From Clostridiales bacterium UBA7001 (GTDB lineage Bacteria > Bacillota > Clostridia > TANB77 > CAG-508), in contig DJXP01000035.1 of NCBI GenBank assembly GCA_002449785.1, positions 1-63,385 of the forward strand: DNA of 63,385 nucleotides, given 5' to 3'. The notes under the pieces were generated by a model. That model saw only the letters and a list, made by a program, of their open reading frames with translations, was not told the origin of the DNA and did not search any database. Positions 8,463 through 17,017 of this stretch are shown piece by piece. The first letter of the stretch is position 1, and every line of letters starts with the position of its first letter. Made by a program: the position numbers and the translations under genes.

Positions 8463-10862
8463 ATGAAAAAAAGAAATGAACTAATGCCAAAAGATTTGAA
8501 AGATGTATGCAGTACAAGTTTATTTAAATTTGAAACTACTAAAGAATTAGTTGATACTACTGATTTAGTGTATGGACAAGAAAGAGGGATAAAAGCTTTA
8601 GAGTTTGGAACTGATATAGATATTAAAGGTTATAATTTATACTTAGAAGGTCCTTCTGGTGTTGGAAAAACTATGTATACTAAAAAGTTTCTTGATAAAA
8701 AAGCTGAAAAAGGTAAAGTGCCAAATGATTGGGTATATATTTATAATTTTGATAATCCAAATGAACCAATAGCAATATCTTTTCCGGCTGGACAAGGTAA
8801 AGTTTTTTGCTCTACAATGGAGAACTTTGTTAAAGACGTTAGAAAAGACATCAAAAAAACATTTAATAATGATGATTTCGAGAAAGAAAAACAAATAATT
8901 AAACAAGAATATGAGGAAAAAAGAGATAAATTATTAGAAAAATTAAATCAAAAAACTTTAATTCAAGGTTTTAAGGTTAGTTCTACAGAAAATGGTGTTT
9001 ATATGATGCCAGTGTTAGATGGAAAAACTTTGGGAGAAGACGAATTTGAAGATTTAGATGAAAGTGTAAAAAAAGAATTTGAAGAACGTTCACAGCTTGT
9101 ACAAGAACAAATATTTCAAGCATTAGCTGAAATAAAACAAATAGAAAAAGAAACAGAGAAAAAAATAGATGAATGGCAATCTAATATTGCTCTTATGACA
9201 ATAAATATACATGTAAATTCTATAAAAGCTAATTATAAAAGAAATAAAAAAGTTACTACTTATTTAGATAACATAAAAAAAGATATATTAAAAAACATTA
9301 GCCAGTTTTTAGCTCCAGATCCAGATCCAAAAGTACCAATTCCAATGCAACAAATTCAAAAACCAGAAATAAGAGAACCATGGTTAAATTATAGAGTAAA
9401 CTTGTTTATAGATAATAGTAAGCTTGAAGGTGCACCAGTTGTAATGGACACAAACTACTCATATTATAATATCTTTGGTGGTTTAGAATATGAAAACCAA
9501 TATGGTAGCTTAAAAACAGATTTTATGATGATAAAACCAGGTTTATTACATCAAGCAAATGGTGGATATATTGTTTTTCAGGCCAAAGATTTATTATCTA
9601 ATCCATTATGTTATGAAGCTTTAAAAAAAGCATTAAAAATTAAAGAATTATCAATTGAAAATGCAACAGAGCAAAGAGCTGGTATGTTACTTTTAGCATT
9701 AAAACCCGAGCCAATACCTTTAGACATTAAAGTATTATTAGTTGGAAGTTCTAATATATATCATACATTACTTTCTATGGATGAAGACTTTAGGAAATTG
9801 TTTAAAATAAAAGTAGAGTTTGAAGAAGATGCTCCTAAGACCAATGCTAATATTCAAAGATTAACCAATTTTGTAAGAAGTTTCTGTGTTCAAGAAAATT
9901 TATTAGATTTAAACAAAGAAGCAATGGCAAAAGTAGTAGAAATTACTTCGAAATTAGCAGGTGACAAACAAAAATTATCAACACAATTTAGTGAAATTGG
10001 TGAAATAGTAGGAGAGGCATCAGTATGGGCTAAAAAAGACAAGCAAAAAATAATTACAAAAGAATATATTCAAAAAGCTCTAGATGAAAGAGTTGATAGA
10101 ATAAAGAAATATGATACTAGATATTTACAAATGATAAAAGAGGAATCGCTTTTAATAGATACTGATGGTTATACAGTCGGACAAATAAATGGTTTAACAG
10201 TTATAAAAATAGGAGATTATTCTTTTGGAAAACCAGCTAGAATTACTGCAAGTACTTATGTTGGTAAAAGTGGAATTGTTAATATTGAAAGAGAAGTAGA
10301 AATGTCTGGTTCTTCACATTCAAAAGGTGTACTTATACTTACAGGATTTTTGGGAGAACTTTTTGCACAAGACATGCCACTTTCACTTACAGCTAGTATT
10401 TGTTTTGAACAACTATATGGTGGTGTAGATGGTGATAGTGCTTCAAGTACAGAAGCATATGCAATTTTGTCTAGTTTATCTGGAATTCCAATTAATCAAT
10501 CAATTGCAGTAACAGGTTCAGTTAACCAAAAAGGCGAGATTCAGCCTATTGGAGGTGTTAATGAAAAAATTCAAGGATTTTATCAAATATGTAAATTAAG
10601 AGGTTTTAATGGGGAACAAGGTGTTATTATTCCAAAACAAAATGTTAGAAATTTACATTTAGATGATGAAATAATTGAAAATGTTAAAAAAGGAAAATTT
10701 CATATTTATGCTATTTCAACAATATATGAAGGAATTGAAATTTTAACAGGAGTGCCAGCTGGTAAAAAAGATAAAAATGGAAACTTTCCACTTGGAACTA
10801 TTAATTATTTAGTAAAAGAAAAATTAAAGAAATTTTCGAAAGTATCTGAAGGTAAAAATTAA
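8463..10862 (+). CDS. Lon-like ATP-dependent protease (AAA+ N-terminal domain, S16 Lon protease C-terminal domain)
   Basis: Walker A GPSGVGKT. C-terminal DGDSASSTEAYAILSSL...TGSVNQKGEIQPIGGVNEKI is typical of a Lon Ser-Lys protease domain. Confidence 0.8.
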   Translation: MKKRNELMPKDLKDVCSTSLFKFETTKELVDTTDLVYGQERGIKALEFGTDIDIKGYNLYLEGPSGVGKTMYTKKFLDKKAEKGKVPNDWVYIYNFDNPNEPIAISFPAGQGKVFCSTMENFVKDVRKDIKKTFNNDDFEKEKQIIKQEYEEKRDKLLEKLNQKTLIQGFKVSSTENGVYMMPVLDGKTLGEDEFEDLDESVKKEFEERSQLVQEQIFQALAEIKQIEKETEKKIDEWQSNIALMTINIHVNSIKANYKRNKKVTTYLDNIKKDILKNISQFLAPDPDPKVPIPMQQIQKPEIREPWLNYRVNLFIDNSKLEGAPVVMDTNYSYYNIFGGLEYENQYGSLKTDFMMIKPGLLHQANGGYIVFQAKDLLSNPLCYEALKKALKIKELSIENATEQRAGMLLLALKPEPIPLDIKVLLVGSSNIYHTLLSMDEDFRKLFKIKVEFEEDAPKTNANIQRLTNFVRSFCVQENLLDLNKEAMAKVVEITSKLAGDKQKLSTQFSEIGEIVGEASVWAKKDKQKIITKEYIQKALDERVDRIKKYDTRYLQMIKEESLLIDTDGYTVGQINGLTVIKIGDYSFGKPARITASTYVGKSGIVNIEREVEMSGSSHSKGVLILTGFLGELFAQDMPLSLTASICFEQLYGGVDGDSASSTEAYAILSSLSGIPINQSIAVTGSVNQKGEIQPIGGVNEKIQGFYQICKLRGFNGEQGVIIPKQNVRNLHLDDEIIENVKKGKFHIYAISTIYEGIEILTGVPAGKKDKNGNFPLGTINYLVKEKLKKFSKVSEGKN

Positions 10863-10878
10863 ATTTATAATTATAAAA

Positions 10879-10912
10879 ATGTCTATCATTTGAAGATAGG
10901 CATTTTTATTTT
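10879..10912 (+). terminator. Rho-independent terminator after the Lon-like gene
   Basis: atgtctatc-atttgaa-gataggcat hairpin followed by a T-run. Confidence 0.75.
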
Positions 10913-10982
10913 TTAAATAATATTTTTATTATAGATGGAAATACTATTTCTAATAATATGATTATTAGGAGGAAAGTGTTTT

Positions 10983-12038
10983 ATGAAAAAAATAAAAGCA
11001 GTCCAATATGGATGTGGGAAAATGTCTATGTTTACTATGAAATATATGCTGGAAAAGGGAATTGAAATTGTTGGTGCTATAGATGTGAATCCAGATATTG
11101 TTGGGAAAGATATTGGAGAGATAATAGGTAGAGAAAAACTTGGAATTACAGTAACACATGAAGAAGAGGCAGTAGGTTTATTAGAAGAATTAAAGCCAGA
11201 TATTTGTATTGTTACAACTAGAAGTTTGATAGGTGAACTTGAAAAACCACTCATATTGTGTGCTAGTAGAGGTATTAATGCTATTACTACATGTGAAGAG
11301 GCATTTTTTCCAATGAATTCAAATCCAGAATTATTTAAGAAAATAAATGATTTAGCTAAAAAAAATAATTGTACTATAACTGGAAGTGGGTATCAGGATA
11401 TTTTTTGGGGGCAAATTATAACTTCAATTGCTGGTTCCACACATAAAATAACTAAAATAAAAGGTAGTTCAAGTTATAATGTTGAAGAATATGGATTAGC
11501 TTTAGCAGAAGCACATGGGGCAGGACTTACGATTTCAGAGTTTGAAGAAAGAATTGCTAAGATTGATAGAATTTCAGATGATGAAAGAAACGAAATGATA
11601 AATAGTGGAAATTTTAATCCATCATATATGTGGAATGTAAATGGATGGCTTTGTGATAAACTGGGTTTAAATGTTATAAAACAAACTCAAAAATGTGTTC
11701 CTAAAACAGCTAAAGAAGATTTATATTCTTCAACATTAGAAATGACTATAAAATCAGGAGATGTAACAGGAATGAGCGCTATAGTCACAACTGAGACAAA
11801 AGAAGGAATTGTTTTAGAAACAGAGTGTATTGGAAAAGTATATGAAAAAAACGATATTGATAAAAATCTTTGGACCATTGAAGGTGAGCCTACTACAACT
11901 ATTTTAATTGAAAATCCAGATACGGCAAGATTAACATGCGCAAGCATAGTAAATAGAATACCAGATGTTATTAATGCAGAATCTGGATATGTAACAACAG
12001 ATAGAATTGGAGAATTAAAATATAAGAGTTGCATATAA
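10983..12038 (+). CDS. NAD(P)-dependent DapB-like / amine dehydrogenase family protein (2,4-diaminopentanoate dehydrogenase-like)
   Basis: N-terminal Rossmann motif KAVQYGCGKMS. The size and overall pattern fit this family. The specific substrate is not inferable. Confidence 0.55.
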   Translation: MKKIKAVQYGCGKMSMFTMKYMLEKGIEIVGAIDVNPDIVGKDIGEIIGREKLGITVTHEEEAVGLLEELKPDICIVTTRSLIGELEKPLILCASRGINAITTCEEAFFPMNSNPELFKKINDLAKKNNCTITGSGYQDIFWGQIITSIAGSTHKITKIKGSSSYNVEEYGLALAEAHGAGLTISEFEERIAKIDRISDDERNEMINSGNFNPSYMWNVNGWLCDKLGLNVIKQTQKCVPKTAKEDLYSSTLEMTIKSGDVTGMSAIVTTETKEGIVLETECIGKVYEKNDIDKNLWTIEGEPTTTILIENPDTARLTCASIVNRIPDVINAESGYVTTDRIGELKYKSCI

Positions 12039-12053
12039 GTGTAAAAAAAGAGT

Positions 12054-12086
12054 AAAAAAAATTAGGGAATTTCCCTAATTTTTTCT
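12054..12086. terminator. bidirectional terminator between convergent genes
   Basis: ttagggaa-tt-tccctaa palindrome flanked by A- and T-runs. It overlaps the dfr stop codon. Confidence 0.7.
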
Positions 12087-12566
12087 TACATAAGTTATAT
12101 ATTCATATTTATATGGGATTTTTTCATTTTCTGGTCCTTTTTCTCTTTCAATTTCGTTCCAATTAGAAAAATCAATTTTTGGAAAAATTGTGTCTCCTTC
12201 AAATTCCTGATCAATTTCTGTTATATAAAGCTTTTTAGTATATGGTAATAATAAATTATATATTAAACCACCACCAATAACAAAGCATTCGTCTTTTGAA
12301 TTTATATATTTATCTAAATCATGAATACTATTTATAACTTCAACATTTTCATCATCATATTCAAAATCTAAATTATGTGTTAAAACAACATGTTTTCTAT
12401 TTGGGAGAACTCTTCCCAATGATTCAAATGTTTTTCTACCCATAATAATAATATGATTTTCTGTGAGTTTTCTAAATCTTTTAAAATCATCCGGTATATG
12501 CCATAGAAGGCTATTGTTTTTTCCAATAATATTATTTTTTGATTTTGCAACAATTATACTTAACAT
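12075..12566 (-). CDS. folA: dihydrofolate reductase
   Basis: MLSIIVAKSKNNIIGKNNSLLWHIPDDFKRFRKLT...MGRKTFESL is the classic DHFR pattern. ATG at 12566 has SD ggag. The ORF-track start 12605 overlaps thyA. Confidence 0.9.
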   Translation of the reverse strand: MLSIIVAKSKNNIIGKNNSLLWHIPDDFKRFRKLTENHIIIMGRKTFESLGRVLPNRKHVVLTHNLDFEYDDENVEVINSIHDLDKYINSKDECFVIGGGLIYNLLLPYTKKLYITEIDQEFEGDTIFPKIDFSNWNEIEREKGPENEKIPYKYEYITYVRKN

Positions 12567-12579
12567 TTTTTCTCCTTTA

Positions 12580-13437
12580 TTATTCTGCAACAGGAATTTT
12601 TCCAAGTTTTACTTCTTTGTTATATTCATATCCTTCAACAATAAAATCTTCAACTTTAAAGTCATAGAAATTTTTAGTAGGATTATTGATAATTAGTTTT
12701 GGCTTAACATCTAAAGGTTTAGCATTTAATAATTTTTCTATTAAAGGAATATGTCTATCATAAATATGACAATCTCCAATATTATGTGTTAATGTACCTA
12801 CTCCTAAATCACATACTTGTGCAAACATAATTAAAAGTGCGGCATATTGCATTGTATTCCATCCATTTGCAGCAAGCATATCTTGTGAACGCTGATTTAA
12901 AATTAAATGTAATTTATTATCTTTAACTAACCATTGAGTTCCAAAAGCACATGGTTCTAAATTCATGTCTTTAAGTTCATCAAAAGCAAATAGATTTGTC
13001 ATTATTCTTCTACTAGCAGGATCATTTTTTAGAAGATATAAAACATAATCAACTTGGTCTAATTTTTTTATACCATCTTTTGTTTTAAAATCATATTTTC
13101 TAGAAAATTGATATCCATATGCTTTTCCAATTGTACCATCTGAACCTGCCCATTGGTCCCAAATGTGAGAATTTAAGTCAGAAACTTTATTTGATTTTTT
13201 TTGCCATATCCATAAAATTTCGTCAATTGCTCTATATATTGTTTTTGAATTATTTCTAAGTGTAATCATAGGAAATTCTTTTCCAACATCATATTTATTT
13301 GTTACGCCTACGATTGAATAGTAGTTAGCTTCTGTGCCATCTTGCCAGTGAGTTCTTACATGAGTACCTTCAGAAGAATATCCATGCTCTAATATTTCTT
13401 TACATGTATCTATAAAATTTTTATCTGCTTCTGTCAT
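12580..13437 (-). CDS. thyA: thymidylate synthase (ThyA type)
   Basis: RRIM(TN)LFAFDEL, the LEPCAFGTQW active-site Cys and NQRSQDMLAANGWN are ThyA motifs. It forms a thyA-dfr operon. Confidence 0.92.
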   Translation of the reverse strand: MTEADKNFIDTCKEILEHGYSSEGTHVRTHWQDGTEANYYSIVGVTNKYDVGKEFPMITLRNNSKTIYRAIDEILWIWQKKSNKVSDLNSHIWDQWAGSDGTIGKAYGYQFSRKYDFKTKDGIKKLDQVDYVLYLLKNDPASRRIMTNLFAFDELKDMNLEPCAFGTQWLVKDNKLHLILNQRSQDMLAANGWNTMQYAALLIMFAQVCDLGVGTLTHNIGDCHIYDRHIPLIEKLLNAKPLDVKPKLIINNPTKNFYDFKVEDFIVEGYEYNKEVKLGKIPVAE

Positions 13438-13586
13438 TTTTTTCCCCCTTAAATTAATCTTATAGAAGTTATATCATATTTATAAAATTTTTCAACATTT
13501 ATTTATAAATTTTAAAATAGAAAATTATATACAAAACCCAAAAAAAGTGATATAATATATAAATATTAGGCGAGGAGAATAGTATT

Positions 13587-14336
13587 TTGGGAAAGTTTTT
13601 TGTAAAAACTAATCAGATTGAAGAAAAAAAGATTATTATTTTAAATGATGATGTAAATCATATAAAAAATGTTTTGAGGCTTAATATATTAGATAATATA
13701 GAAGTATGTAATAAAGATACAGGTGATAATTATAATTGTCAAATATCAAATATTTCAAATAATCAAATAGAATGTGAAATTATAAATAAAATTGATAGTA
13801 TAACAGAAGGAAATGTTAAAATAGATGTTTATCAAGGACTTCCTAAATTTGATAAAATGGAATTTATTATTCAAAAAGGCACTGAACTTGGAGTAACAAA
13901 CTTTATCCCAGTTAAGTTTAATAGATGTATTGTAAAAATAGATAAAAAAGATGAAGAGAAGAAACTTTCTAGGTGGCAAAAAATTTCTGAAGTAGCCTCT
14001 AAACAATCTGGAAGAGATATTATACCTAATATTGAAAAAATTGTTGGAGTTAAAGATATTTGTGATATAATTAATAAATATGATATTGTTTTATTAGCTT
14101 ATGAACAGGAAAAAGACAATTATATTAAAAATGAGTTAGAAAAAATTAAAAATACAAAAATGAGTTTTAATATAGCTATTGTTATTGGTCCAGAAGGCGG
14201 AATAGAAGAAAAAGAAGTAGAAATATTAAAAAATGCAGGTGCAAAAGTAATTTCACTTGGCAAAAGGATTTTAAGAACAGAAACTGTATGTATGCAAATG
14301 GTTTCTATAATAATGTATGAATTAGAAAAAAACTAA
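13587..14336 (+). CDS. rsmE: 16S rRNA (uracil1498-N3)-methyltransferase
   Basis: RsmE family pattern (PKFDKMEFIIQKGTELGV, GPEGG, LGKRILRTET). Confidence 0.85.
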   Translation: MGKFFVKTNQIEEKKIIILNDDVNHIKNVLRLNILDNIEVCNKDTGDNYNCQISNISNNQIECEIINKIDSITEGNVKIDVYQGLPKFDKMEFIIQKGTELGVTNFIPVKFNRCIVKIDKKDEEKKLSRWQKISEVASKQSGRDIIPNIEKIVGVKDICDIINKYDIVLLAYEQEKDNYIKNELEKIKNTKMSFNIAIVIGPEGGIEEKEVEILKNAGAKVISLGKRILRTETVCMQMVSIIMYELEKN

Positions 14337-14356
14337 TTATGTTGAAGTGAGGAACT

Positions 14357-14959
14357 ATGGAAAAAGCAAAATTAATGCAATTAGAAATAGAAGAAAAAAG
14401 AAAATTACCTATAAGTGTAAGAAATGTTATAAGTACAAAAATATTTCAAGATTTAGTTATAGCTACAATTATAATGGCATATTTTTGCTTAGTTAATTTT
14501 ATATATTATAAATTTGAAAATGCAAAGTTTGAAGAAATATTAAAATATTTTGCCATAATAATTATTATAGGAACAGTTATAACATTTGAAGTTTCATATA
14601 GAAAAAGTAGTATCAATTTATTAATAATAGGTATGGAATTATTTTTGTGTGGAGTTTTTTCATTATATATACCATATTTGTTTTTGCACACAAATAGTGC
14701 TATTAGAACTTCTGCTATGATTTTACCATCATTTTTAATAATATATTATGCAATAAAATCTTTACTTATTTTTAAGAAAAAACAATTTGAATATAGAAAC
14801 AGTTTAAGTGATGTTAAAGAAATTGTAAAAACTTCTAAAGATAGTTACTTAGAAGAAAAAAGTGAAAAAACATTTAAAGCTAAACTTAGAAGAGAAAAAT
14901 TATTAAGGCAAAAGATTTTGCAAGAGCAAAAAGCTAAAAAAGAAGGAAAGAGAATATAG
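14357..14959 (+). CDS. integral membrane protein with Lys-rich C-terminal tail, unknown function
   Basis: Four predicted hydrophobic helices and SD gtgagg. Confidence 0.6.
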   Translation: MEKAKLMQLEIEEKRKLPISVRNVISTKIFQDLVIATIIMAYFCLVNFIYYKFENAKFEEILKYFAIIIIIGTVITFEVSYRKSSINLLIIGMELFLCGVFSLYIPYLFLHTNSAIRTSAMILPSFLIIYYAIKSLLIFKKKQFEYRNSLSDVKEIVKTSKDSYLEEKSEKTFKAKLRREKLLRQKILQEQKAKKEGKRI

Positions 14960-14986
14960 AAATAATAATAGAAAGAGGTAATTATT

Positions 14987-15862
14987 TTGATTAAAAGTAT
15001 GACAGGCTTTGGAAGAGCAAAATATGAAAATGAAGGAAGAACATATACAGTTGAAATTAAATCAGTAAATCATAAATATAGTGATATAAATATTAAGCTT
15101 CCAAGATTTTTAAACTATATGGAGGATAAAATTAGAAAAACAATTTCAAAAGCTATTTCTAGAGGAAAGATTGATGTTTTTATTTCCTTTGAAAATTATA
15201 GCAATAAAGGTACAAATATAAAGATTAATAGAGAACTTGCAAAACAATATTTAAAGGAGCTAAAAGAATTAGCTGATGAAACTGGTATAGATTTTAAGTT
15301 AAATGTTGTAGATGTTTCTAAATTTCCAGAAATTTTAAAAATTGAAGATGATGATAATGAGGAAATAATTGAAGAAGAAGTCTTAATAGCAGTAAAAGAA
15401 GCACTAGATAAATTTATTAATATGAGAGAACTTGAAGGAGAAAAATTAGTAGAAGACATATCTCAAAGAGTCGCCAGTATAAAGAATAAAGTTATGGATG
15501 TAGAAAAATTTTCAGAAAACTTAGTTCAAGATTATATTAGTAGATTAGAGACAAGAGTAAATGAATTATTAAAAACATCAGTGGTTGATGAATCAAGAAT
15601 TGCTCAGGAAATTGTAATTTTTTCAGATAAATCTTCAATTGAAGAAGAATTAACAAGACTTAAAAGTCATTTAGAACAATTTTTAAATTTATTAAAAGCT
15701 TCTTCACCAATTGGAAAGAAGATGGATTTTTTAGTTCAAGAAATAAATAGAGAAACAAACACAATTGGTTCAAAAGCAAATTGTTTAGATATAACTAATT
15801 TGGTAGTTGAAATTAAAACAGAAGTTGAAAATATTAGGGAACAAATACAAAATATAGAATAA
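14987..15862 (+). CDS. yicC: YicC family stress-induced protein
   Basis: MIKSMTGFGRA...VEIKSVNHKY and C-terminal EINRETNTIGSK are YicC hallmarks. Confidence 0.88.
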   Translation: MIKSMTGFGRAKYENEGRTYTVEIKSVNHKYSDINIKLPRFLNYMEDKIRKTISKAISRGKIDVFISFENYSNKGTNIKINRELAKQYLKELKELADETGIDFKLNVVDVSKFPEILKIEDDDNEEIIEEEVLIAVKEALDKFINMRELEGEKLVEDISQRVASIKNKVMDVEKFSENLVQDYISRLETRVNELLKTSVVDESRIAQEIVIFSDKSSIEEELTRLKSHLEQFLNLLKASSPIGKKMDFLVQEINRETNTIGSKANCLDITNLVVEIKTEVENIREQIQNIE

Positions 15863-15886
15863 TTTAAGAAAGTGAGGTTTTATAAA

Positions 15887-16144
15887 TTGAAGCTAATAAA
15901 TATAGGTTTTGGAAATATTGTAGCTACAGAAAGAATTATTTCAATTGTTAGTCCTGAATCTGCGCCTATTAAAAGAATAGTTCAAGAAGCAAAAGATTCT
16001 AAAATGGCAATTGATGCAACTTATGGAAGAAGAACGAGATCTGTTATAATAATGGATTCAGGGCATGTGGTTTTATCTGCTATTCAACCAGAGACAATAG
16101 CAGGAAGAGCTGATAATAGTTCAGAAGAAAAAATTGAAAATTAG
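15887..16144 (+). CDS. remA: RemA/DUF370 family regulator
   Basis: [11 protein letters not shown]...SPESAPIKR...[28 protein letters not shown] closely matches RemA. TTG at 15887 lies 9 nt after SD gtgagg. Confidence 0.88.
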   Translation: MKLINIGFGNIVATERIISIVSPESAPIKRIVQEAKDSKMAIDATYGRRTRSVIIMDSGHVVLSAIQPETIAGRADNSSEEKIEN

Positions 16145-16177
16145 AGAGTATTAATAAAATGAAGAGAGGTGAGATAA

Positions 16178-16375
16178 ATGATTGTAAAACCTACAGTCGC
16201 AGAATTATTAAATAAAGTTGAAGATAATAGATATGCTTTAGTAATAATGACTTCAAAAAGAGCAAGACAAATAGCTAGTGGTAGCGAGCCTATGACATCA
16301 GCTAAAGATACTTCTCCAGTAACACTTGCAGCAGATGAAATTGCTGAAGGAAAAGTAACAAAGATTAAAGAATAG
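16178..16375 (+). CDS. rpoZ: RNA polymerase omega subunit
   Basis: PTVAELLNKVEDNRYALVIMTSKRARQI is the RpoZ signature. Confidence 0.88.
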   Translation: MIVKPTVAELLNKVEDNRYALVIMTSKRARQIASGSEPMTSAKDTSPVTLAADEIAEGKVTKIKE

Positions 16376-16387
16376 AGGTAAAAGAAT

Positions 16388-16948
16388 ATGTTAGTTATAT
16401 TATCTGGTGTTGCAGGAGCTGGAAAAGACACAATAAAAAAAGAAATAATAAAAAGAATGGAAAATGTAAAATCGATTCCTTCATTAACAACAAGGACACC
16501 AAGAGAAGGAGATATTCCTGGAAAAACATATATATTTTTAACAAAAGAGGAATTTGAAGAAAAAATTAAGAATGATGAAATATATGAATATGATATTCAT
16601 CATAATAATTATTATGGAACTTCTAAAAAGATTTTAAATGAAGCATCTAAAAATGGAATTATAATAAAAGATATAGATGTAAATGGAACAGAATCCTTAA
16701 AAAACACATTAAAAGATATAAAAATTGTAACTATATTTTTAAGAGTTCCAAAAGAAGAATTAAGACATAGGTTAGAAAATAGAGTAGATAAGCCTTCTGA
16801 AGGTGAAATTATTCTTAGATTAAATCGTTTTGATTATGAAGAATCTAAAATAGGTATTTATGATTATGTTCTAAAAAACGATGATTTAGAAAAGACAGTA
16901 AGTATTATTCAAAAAATAATTGAAGAAGAAAGTAAATTAGATAAATAA
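16388..16948 (+). CDS. gmk: guanylate kinase-like protein
   Basis: P-loop SGVAGAGKDT plus TTRTPREGDIPGKTYIFLTKEEFE is the guanylate kinase pattern. Confidence 0.8.
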   Translation: MLVILSGVAGAGKDTIKKEIIKRMENVKSIPSLTTRTPREGDIPGKTYIFLTKEEFEEKIKNDEIYEYDIHHNNYYGTSKKILNEASKNGIIIKDIDVNGTESLKNTLKDIKIVTIFLRVPKEELRHRLENRVDKPSEGEIILRLNRFDYEESKIGIYDYVLKNDDLEKTVSIIQKIIEEESKLDK

Positions 16949-16951
16949 ATT

Positions 16952-16999
16952 TTAATAAATCGTTGCTATAAATATATTTGATTAGCAACGATTTATTAA
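16952..16999 (+). terminator. long hairpin after gmk (probable terminator)
   Basis: 17-bp inverted repeat ttaataaatcgttgcta / tagcaacgatttattaa. There is no clean T-run. Confidence 0.5.
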
Positions 17000-17017
17000 A
17001 ATATAGTAGGAGTATTA

